From the IMG/VR virus record IMGVR_UViG_3300045988_077137: a stretch of 64,000 bases of DNA, one strand, 5' to 3'. This DNA is from a virus. A program made the position numbers and the translations under genes. A model generated the notes under the pieces. The model was not told the origin of the DNA and made no database searches. It saw nothing but the letters and a program-made list of their open reading frames with translations. Shown in pieces: positions 19,122-24,659 of the stretch. Positions within the stretch are counted from its first letter, which is position 1. Each line of letters starts with the position of its first letter.

Positions 19122-19168
19122 CAAAGGTAATGGATTCTCATGAGATTCCAAAGAGTTTTCCCCGAAAA
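19122..19168 (-). promoter_or_regulatory. canonical Bacteroidota promoter (TTTG-N19-TAccTTTG) with an upstream TTTTCGGGGAA element
   Basis: On the minus strand the -7 box is at 19122..19129 and the -33 TTTG is at 19149..19152, with a spacer of exactly 19 nt. The block is conserved with 30546..30591. Confidence 0.65.
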
Positions 19169-19236
19169 TCTTCAAAAGGCTGAAGAAATTTCTACAATCT
19201 CCCCAGCCTTTTAACGCTTAACGTCCAATTTTCGGT

Positions 19237-19851
19237 TTAATCTTCCATCATATTGTGGTAAAGTTCGAGTCGGATTTTAGCATATGCTGCTTCGGTGTTG
19301 GCGAAGGCACGCTGGTTGTTCACCCCTTTATCATTATATATTTCCGACTCGACTACCTTTGCCACCTGTTCAATCCATTTCGTATTCGTATAGGAAGACA
19401 ACTTCTTGCCACGGAACGTAAAGCAGTCAAATTTCGAATTTCGGTCTTCATGTAAGTTCGTCAACAACTGTCTTATCTTCTTCGCTGTCCCTTCCTTATC
19501 CGAGATGTGGTTCTCCTCGCGAACCCTCTTAATAATACGGCACACCCTTTCAACCGCAAGGTCGAACGCCATATTCGTGACCGTCTTGATACGCATCTGC
19601 GTCTCGGGGACAAGTCCCTCGGATATGTTACTGAGTTGAATGTTTTGATTCCTCGTCTCAGCCAACAGTTCTTTGAAAGTTTCCCGCTGTGCGCTCATTG
19701 TGTCGTTAATGACTTTCATGAACCAACGGAAGAAAGTTACCCACATCAGTGCTGACAGCACCAAAAAGAATCCGGCTGTAATAGCCATCATTCCGAAATC
19801 TCCAATGCTCTTTCCTGTCTCGATAGCAGGATTAATCATGTCTGTACCCAT
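19237..19851 (-). CDS. membrane-anchored hypothetical protein
   Basis: N-terminal TM segment FGMMAITAGFFLVLSALMWVTFF. Confidence 0.5.
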   Translation of the reverse strand: MGTDMINPAIETGKSIGDFGMMAITAGFFLVLSALMWVTFFRWFMKVINDTMSAQRETFKELLAETRNQNIQLSNISEGLVPETQMRIKTVTNMAFDLAVERVCRIIKRVREENHISDKEGTAKKIRQLLTNLHEDRNSKFDCFTFRGKKLSSYTNTKWIEQVAKVVESEIYNDKGVNNQRAFANTEAAYAKIRLELYHNMMED

Positions 19852-19903
19852 CGTTATTCCTTGATTTTGTTAAAGTTTTCACTCGTTGTTATCTTTATTG
19901 GTA

Positions 19904-19911
19904 CAAAGATA
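19904..19911 (-). promoter_or_regulatory. possible -7 element TAtcTTTG
   Basis: TAnnTTTG match on the minus strand upstream of 19851. No properly spaced -33 TTTG is present. Confidence 0.3.
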
Positions 19912-19931
19912 ATAATTCAAAATGAAAGTCT

Positions 19932-20270
19932 CTAACCTTGGTTCAAGGACACTTTGGTAATCCAGAAGTAATTATCCGTTCCAAACTTGAAATCCTCTTT
20001 GTGAACTGACTGAATTCGCTCACGAAGCCTCTGTTCCGTCATTCCACTGGCGAAGTTATGCCCGATGTTTGCGAGTAGCGGTGTAACCTCTTGAGCGTCC
20101 CGCACCTCATTGTAGCGACATTCACGTGTCTTCAACCGTACTTCCGGAGCAACGTAGGCTCGGAACTCACCCATGATTTCTACCACGAGTATATTACAGT
20201 CACAATTCATTACAAGTCCCCGACAAGCGTCAAGGAACTCTTTCTTAGCAGCGTTATTTTCCATAACCAA
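19932..20270 (-). CDS. hypothetical protein, paralog of 21297..21617
   Basis: Shares LKTRECRYNEVRDAQ, GHNFA.GMTEQ and HKEDFKFGTDNY.WIT with the plus-strand ORF inside the cassette. Confidence 0.55.
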   Translation of the reverse strand: MVMENNAAKKEFLDACRGLVMNCDCNILVVEIMGEFRAYVAPEVRLKTRECRYNEVRDAQEVTPLLANIGHNFASGMTEQRLRERIQSVHKEDFKFGTDNYFWITKVSLNQG

Positions 20271-20598
20271 TCATTTTTTCTATTGCATTCTTCTTTCGTT
20301 GTTCTTTCTCATCAGCAGCACCACGCTTCAGTTCCCTGTCAAACCGCTGGCGCAGTATCTCCTTCTTTTTGTCGTCAGGCAGTCCCTTAAAGACGCCAAC
20401 GCTAAACTCTGGTATAGTGCTCTCAACCTCTACGAAAACCATCTGTTCGCGACAGTTAGAACACTCATACGGCTTCCCCACGATAGTAGGAACCATCTTC
20501 TTGAGTTCTTTACTGTATTTCATCACGTATTTTCCCGGAGTAAACGCCACGCCATGAAGTTCACAGGCTTCATTCGGGCAGCACAATACATATTTCAT
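20254..20598 (-). CDS. zinc-ribbon-like hypothetical protein
   Basis: Cys pairs CCPNEAC ... CSNC. Confidence 0.45.
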   Translation of the reverse strand: MKYVLCCPNEACELHGVAFTPGKYVMKYSKELKKMVPTIVGKPYECSNCREQMVFVEVESTIPEFSVGVFKGLPDDKKKEILRQRFDRELKRGAADEKEQRKKNAIEKMIGYGK

Positions 20599-21092
20599 AG
20601 ATAATGTCTCCTTCCATATTCAGCGATTAATAAACTGTCAGTCAAGTTGTCATCGGCTTTCGTGCAGTTCTCCGTCCGACGTAAATCCTGTCGAGGGAAC
20701 AACCGCTTCGCTGCAAGCACTGACATCACTTTCTTGTCGGGGTTCGGCTTGATGCCCTCGTACATTTCTTTCTGCCACTTCTTAGGAGTCACCAGCACAA
20801 TCCTCAAACCACACATGATGAACCCCATACGGAGCGCATAACATACTCCCCCGAAAGTAAACGTAGCACCCGCAGCGGAACGTGGTAGAGCGTGAACATC
20901 CTCTATCACGACAACCGTGTTATTGATGTCACACTCTTCCGATATCTGAATAATCAATTCTGACAGTTCATGCAGGTCAAGTTCCTTCCCTACCTTTGGC
21001 ATCGGATAGTGCTTGATACCTGTACTTTTCATCACCGTGATGAACCCCTGTTTTCCTGGGTCTACTCCGATAACTGTTTGTTTCTTTTCCAT
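20595..21092 (-). CDS. RuvC-like Holliday junction resolvase
   Basis: VIGVDPG (first catalytic Asp), VVVIEDV, and the C-terminal acidic DNLTDSLLIAEYG. The 165-aa size fits phage RuvC-type resolvases. Confidence 0.72.
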   Translation of the reverse strand: MEKKQTVIGVDPGKQGFITVMKSTGIKHYPMPKVGKELDLHELSELIIQISEECDINNTVVVIEDVHALPRSAAGATFTFGGVCYALRMGFIMCGLRIVLVTPKKWQKEMYEGIKPNPDKKVMSVLAAKRLFPRQDLRRTENCTKADDNLTDSLLIAEYGRRHYL

Positions 21093-21104
21093 ACTATTCT
21101 ATAT

Positions 21105-21191
21105 GGTACTGATATACATATCTACACTGGAAAATCTTAGAAAGGCTGGAGTCGGGAAATCCCCGAACCAGTCTTTTCTATTTTATTAACG
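21105..21191. repeat. left copy of the 87-bp perfect inverted repeat
   Basis: ggtactgatatacatatctacactggaaaatcttagaaaggctggagtcgggaaatccccgaaccagtcttttctattttattaacg is the exact reverse complement of 24573..24659. Confidence 0.97.
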
Positions 21192-21296
21192 GTTAATCTC
21201 TACGTTCTACTCAATCATAATCAATTCCTAAGACATCATACAGACTGCCCGACTTTTACGTTGTTAAATCAGTATTAATCATTAAAATTACTGGAT

Positions 21297-21617
21297 ATGA
21301 AATTAGATGAAAACATTTTGAAGACCTGCCAAGGACTTGTAATGAACTGTCATTGTAAGATTTTAATCCTTGATGTATTAGGTGAACATCGTGTATTCCT
21401 TGTGAATGACGTACACCTTAAAACTCGTGAATGTCGTTATAACGAAGTTCGTGATGCGCAGGACATCACTACTCTCGTATTGAATGTCGGTCACAATTTT
21501 GCTAATGGCATGACCGAGCAGACCTTACTTGAACGCACTCAATCTATCCACAAGGAGGATTTCAAGTTTGGAACGGACAATTATATGTGGATTACGCGTA
21601 TGGATTTAAATCGTTGA
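21297..21617 (+). CDS. hypothetical protein, paralog of 19932..20270
   Basis: 106 aa. By eye it is well over half identical to the minus-strand gene just outside the cassette, but it has diverged at the nucleotide level. Confidence 0.6.
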   Translation: MKLDENILKTCQGLVMNCHCKILILDVLGEHRVFLVNDVHLKTRECRYNEVRDAQDITTLVLNVGHNFANGMTEQTLLERTQSIHKEDFKFGTDNYMWITRMDLNR

Positions 21618-21621
21618 GAAT

Positions 21622-21804
21622 ATGAAGCAATCCGATGAAAAGCCAACAGTTGAAAAATGTAAAACAGAACTTGAGGAAATTGCAAAAGAAATGGGGCTTC
21701 CTATTGAAGACCCCAAAGTACCAGTTGAATGGTGTAAACGTGGTGGGTGGTATGATGATGAAGTCGCAGAAAAATTGATTACCCCTTTGTATTTCAGGAA
21801 ATAA
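21622..21804 (+). CDS. hypothetical small acidic protein
   Basis: 60-aa ORF 4 nt after the preceding stop. Confidence 0.35.
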   Translation: MKQSDEKPTVEKCKTELEEIAKEMGLPIEDPKVPVEWCKRGGWYDDEVAEKLITPLYFRK

Positions 21805-22011
21805 TCAATATTCTATTTGAATAGAATTATCTTCATATTTAATCATATCATCATCAGTGCCAAGTTCAACATCTGAAAGATTTAAAACAACTCGCTTTTT
21901 ATCTTTCTGGGTAGCATCTATTAATTCGCAATTGACATCTGTTACCTTGTAAATTTTAGATGGGCATACTTTTAATTTGACGTATGTCCCTCCCGTAATT
22001 TGTTCTTTCAT
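21805..22011 (-). CDS. hypothetical protein
   Basis: The first ATG (MKEQITGG) is at 22011. It is convergent with the 60-aa ORF and their stops abut. Confidence 0.35.
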   Translation of the reverse strand: MKEQITGGTYVKLKVCPSKIYKVTDVNCELIDATQKDKKRVVLNLSDVELGTDDDMIKYEDNSIQIEY

Positions 22012-22053
22012 AATTATTTCCCTATTAGTCTTGTTCAAATATAGGGAATTTAC

Positions 22054-22302
22054 TACTTTTGCGCAAGCCTTTCGAGGTTAAACATTGTTGGAAAATAAAG
22101 GAAAGTGCCTTAATACTCGAAGAATCGCCAATTCAATAAAAGTACAAACGAGGCACAGAGGGCAACCTATATCAAGTGGGCTGCTCATCTGTGTGTTTGT
22201 ACAAGCGTTTGGCGATGCTTTCGAGTTTACACAGGTGGCAGTCCACTTTCTTTATTATATAACGTTCTCATAGACTGTCGGGAACTCGAAAAATTCGCCA
22301 TT
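22054..22302 (+). promoter_or_regulatory. TActTTTG promoter element plus a ~240-nt structured leader upstream of the lipoprotein gene
   Basis: The -7 box is at 22054..22061. Nested stems: 22116..22130 pairs with 22210..22225, and 22142..22158 pairs with 22189..22202. A second copy of the 5' arm (22285..22300) ends 2 nt before the ATG. Confidence 0.35.
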
Positions 22303-22827
22303 ATGAAAAAGTATTTCGTTCTACCAATTATTGTAGCAGTTTTAGCTATCGGATTGCAATCGTGTTCTAAGCCAAATCCTGAATCTATGTCTGAAATCGT
22401 ACTTGAAACTATTAGTATCTATAAATCCGGTGGAGATTACTTAGGTTACATTGAAAGCCTTGAAAAGAAATATAAATGTGTTGATTATAAGGATTCCTTA
22501 AAGTTGGAAATTTCTTCAGACACAAAGATTGTTCGTAAAATGTTCACATCAGAAGATGAAAAGGTTAAAGTTCGGTTGACAGGAACAGAAGACAGTGATT
22601 GGCGTGACTTGGAGTTCATAATTTATCCTCTTACTGAAACATCTGAAAGTTATTCTGTGGACAAATGCTACAAGGAAATCAAGGAAAAGGCTAAGGAACA
22701 CAATGTCTTCTATTATTCCCTGTATCTTTATAGATACGAAGTGCCTAATTCTGTTGGAAAAATCAAGGTAGATGATGTGGAAACTCCTTTTTTCAAAGGA
22801 CTTAGATTTTATAACAAAAAACAATAG
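22303..22827 (+). CDS. lipoprotein
   Basis: Signal peptide MKKYFVLPIIVAVLAIGLQSC with a lipobox Cys followed by SKPNPES. Confidence 0.7.
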   Translation: MKKYFVLPIIVAVLAIGLQSCSKPNPESMSEIVLETISIYKSGGDYLGYIESLEKKYKCVDYKDSLKLEISSDTKIVRKMFTSEDEKVKVRLTGTEDSDWRDLEFIIYPLTETSESYSVDKCYKEIKEKAKEHNVFYYSLYLYRYEVPNSVGKIKVDDVETPFFKGLRFYNKKQ

Positions 22828-22834
22828 TACCGTT

Positions 22835-23206
22835 TTATTGCTTTAGCATCCTGTTAAAACTATTCAAATCAGCCGGACTAAGTTCCGGCTTTTTTATTAG
22901 TCCGTTTTTAGAGTCTATAAGCAATGGCAATGCCTCTGCGAGTAACATCTTAAAGCCTCGTTTGGTTTTCGCTTTAGACGATTTGTAGAGGTGATTTATT
23001 ACGGTAAACTTGTAACCTTTACCGAGCCAGTCCCAAGTGAATACATATTGTTGTGGAATGTTCTCAATAGACAGGTCATTGAAATATGTATCAATAATAA
23101 GTTGTACACCCTCTGTCCTTATGGCTACTGCTTCATCGAACATTTCAATATAGGGGACAATGATTGTTCCAAGTTTAAATTCTGTTGATTCTTTTCTTCT
23201 TTTCAT
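22835..23206 (-). CDS. hypothetical protein immediately downstream of the transposase
   Basis: 123-aa ORF that starts 2 nt after the transposase stop. No family recognised. Confidence 0.4.
   Translation of the reverse strand: MKRRKESTEFKLGTIIVPYIEMFDEAVAIRTEGVQLIIDTYFNDLSIENIPQQYVFTWDWLGKGYKFTVINHLYKSSKAKTKRGFKMLLAEALPLLIDSKNGLIKKPELSPADLNSFNRMLKQ
22871..22896 (+). terminator. rho-independent terminator after the lipoprotein gene
   Basis: Stem agccgga/tccggct with loop ctaagt, then tttttt. It lies within the 3' end of the minus-strand ORF 22835..23206. Confidence 0.6.
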
Positions 23207-23207
23207 C

Positions 23208-24140
23208 TTAAGCCGCTGATTTTCTGATTTGCTTGTATGTATAACGTGTGTCAGCGCAGCAGAGGAAGCAGTTAAATCGGTCTGAATTGCTGATGTCCCT
23301 CAGATTGTACCTATACACGAACTCATCAACGTATTTCTGTAAATACTTTTTAAGCAGAGTTCTGTATGTCCCTTTGACCATACGCTTGAAATGCGTCCAA
23401 GCACCTTCAATTCTATTAGTCGTTATGCTGTCATAACTATATAGTTTCTTACTGTGGTCTACATAGTAACGTTCATAGCTTTTTCCGATTTGATTGTAGG
23501 CATCGTTTTCATCTGTGTAAATAATAGCGTTGGGATGTACAAATTCTCTGATAAATGCAGAAAGGGTGTTGGCTTTGGTGTCAGGTGTTACCCGTGCATT
23601 CATCAGATTTTCCCGTTGTATCATTCCAACGACAGGTGCTTTATCCTTATGTGAACGTCCCTGTGAATGAGGCACTTTCTTGTCCCAATGACGATTACCG
23701 TTTCTTCCACCAACAAGGGTTTCGTCTATTTCAACAGCTTCTTCTAAGAAGTTCTCATTGGCGAGACGCATTGCGTGACGTATTTTATGCAACATATACC
23801 ATGCTGTCTTTTGCGTGACTTCTATATCGCTTGCAAGTTGGTAGGAGGAAAGACCTGTTTTGTGATTGGTTACGAGCCAAATGGCAATAAACCATTTACG
23901 TAAACTAATTTTTGTCTTTTCAAACATGGTTCCAGTACGGACGGTAAAGTTCTTACCTGTATTCTTGCAGCGATATTTACCGCTTTTCAATTTGTAGACC
24001 TTTGAAATTTTGTCAAATGGCGAAACGGGTTTGCCGTGCCAATTTATAGCTTCAAGATGTTTGATACAGGCTTCTTCCGTAGGAAATAATTCGTAAAGAG
24101 CCATGATTGATTTAGCATTAAGTTTGAATGGGTCTTTCAT
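23208..24140 (-). CDS. IS1595-family (ISXO2-like DDE) transposase
   Basis: VEIDETLVGG, IIYTDENDAY and TNRIEGAWTHFKR match the DDE signature of this family. The first ATG is at 24140, preceded by GGAGGA 7 nt upstream. The N-terminal zinc-ribbon cysteines are mostly replaced. Confidence 0.85.
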   Translation of the reverse strand: MKDPFKLNAKSIMALYELFPTEEACIKHLEAINWHGKPVSPFDKISKVYKLKSGKYRCKNTGKNFTVRTGTMFEKTKISLRKWFIAIWLVTNHKTGLSSYQLASDIEVTQKTAWYMLHKIRHAMRLANENFLEEAVEIDETLVGGRNGNRHWDKKVPHSQGRSHKDKAPVVGMIQRENLMNARVTPDTKANTLSAFIREFVHPNAIIYTDENDAYNQIGKSYERYYVDHSKKLYSYDSITTNRIEGAWTHFKRMVKGTYRTLLKKYLQKYVDEFVYRYNLRDISNSDRFNCFLCCADTRYTYKQIRKSAA

Positions 24141-24325
24141 AAGGCTGTCCTCCAAATTTTAATGATGTTACAATTTACAAAAATTGATTGATTCAACAAT
24201 GAGTTCACGGAGAAAATCTTGATAGAAATCTGATAACCTCCTGTGCATATAACGAAAAAGTTGAGGACGGAGTAACTCAATTTACGGTTAAATGATGTGA
24301 AGATGATGGAGGAAAGATACGTTAT

Positions 24326-24362
24326 ACAATAAAATAGCCTCTCCGTGGTGTGGAAAGGCTAT
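24326..24362 (-). terminator. rho-independent terminator downstream of the 27-codon ORF
   Basis: Stem atagcctctcc/ggaaaggctat (10 of 11 bp) with a 7-nt loop, followed on the minus strand by TTTTATT. Confidence 0.5.
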
Positions 24363-24384
24363 CAAACTAAATTATTTGCTTAAT

Positions 24385-24468
24385 TCAATATTCATATTCG
24401 AATATTTGAAACTTTGAAATCATTTCAAGAAGTTCGTTTGCTTCTTCTATTGATAGTTCTTCAAACAT
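24385..24468 (-). CDS. 27-codon acidic mini-ORF with a strong Shine-Dalgarno sequence
   Basis: Hand translation: MFEELSIEEANELLEMISKFQIFEYEY*. AAAGGAGGTG (24475..24484) lies 8 nt upstream of the ATG. Coding status is unproven. Confidence 0.3.
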   Translation of the reverse strand: MFEELSIEEANELLEMISKFQIFEYEY

Positions 24469-24520
24469 TTTCGGCACCTCCTTTCACACCGTGAAGATAC
24501 GAAGAATAACCAAGAAGAGC

Positions 24521-24560
24521 AAATAACAAAATAGAGCCTTTCTTAACGATTGGCTCTATT
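24521..24560 (-). terminator. second hairpin terminator downstream of sbcC
   Basis: Stem aatagagcc/ggctctatt with a 13-nt loop, followed on the minus strand by TTTGTTATTT. Confidence 0.4.
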
Positions 24561-24572
24561 CTATTTGGAAAA

Positions 24573-24659
24573 CGTTAATAAAATAGAAAAGACTGGTTCG
24601 GGGATTTCCCGACTCCAGCCTTTCTAAGATTTTCCAGTGTAGATATGTATATCAGTACC
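24573..24659. repeat. right copy of the 87-bp perfect inverted repeat, covering the last 11 codons plus stop of sbcC and its terminator
   Basis: Exact reverse complement of 21105..21191. It contains the codons for GTDIHIYTGKS*, the imperfect hairpin ctgg-tt-cggg/cccg-act-ccag (24593..24618) and a T-run on the minus strand. Confidence 0.97.

Larger units (their letters stand above)
21105..24659. mobile_element. 3.55-kb cassette bounded by perfect 87-bp inverted repeats, with an IS1595-type transposase inside
   Basis: The inverted repeats were verified base by base. The interior (21192..24572) holds the only plus-strand gene cluster besides Dps, a transposase and the only SD-like sites I saw. 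By eye it is more AT-rich than the flanks. Confidence 0.5.

Noticed and set aside
22085-22273. 62-aa plus-strand ORF in the gap upstream of the lipoprotein gene
   Set aside because: It starts at a non-ATG codon and has no recognisable motif. It is spanned almost entirely by the nested stems of the putative leader RNA, so I treat the region as non-coding and regulatory.
21105-24659. Classical Gin/Hin/Cin-type or tyrosine-recombinase invertible segment
   Set aside because: No serine or tyrosine recombinase ORF lies in or beside the cassette. The repeats are much longer (87 bp) than typical invertase sites and consist of a duplicated gene end. Any inversion would more likely occur by homologous recombination.
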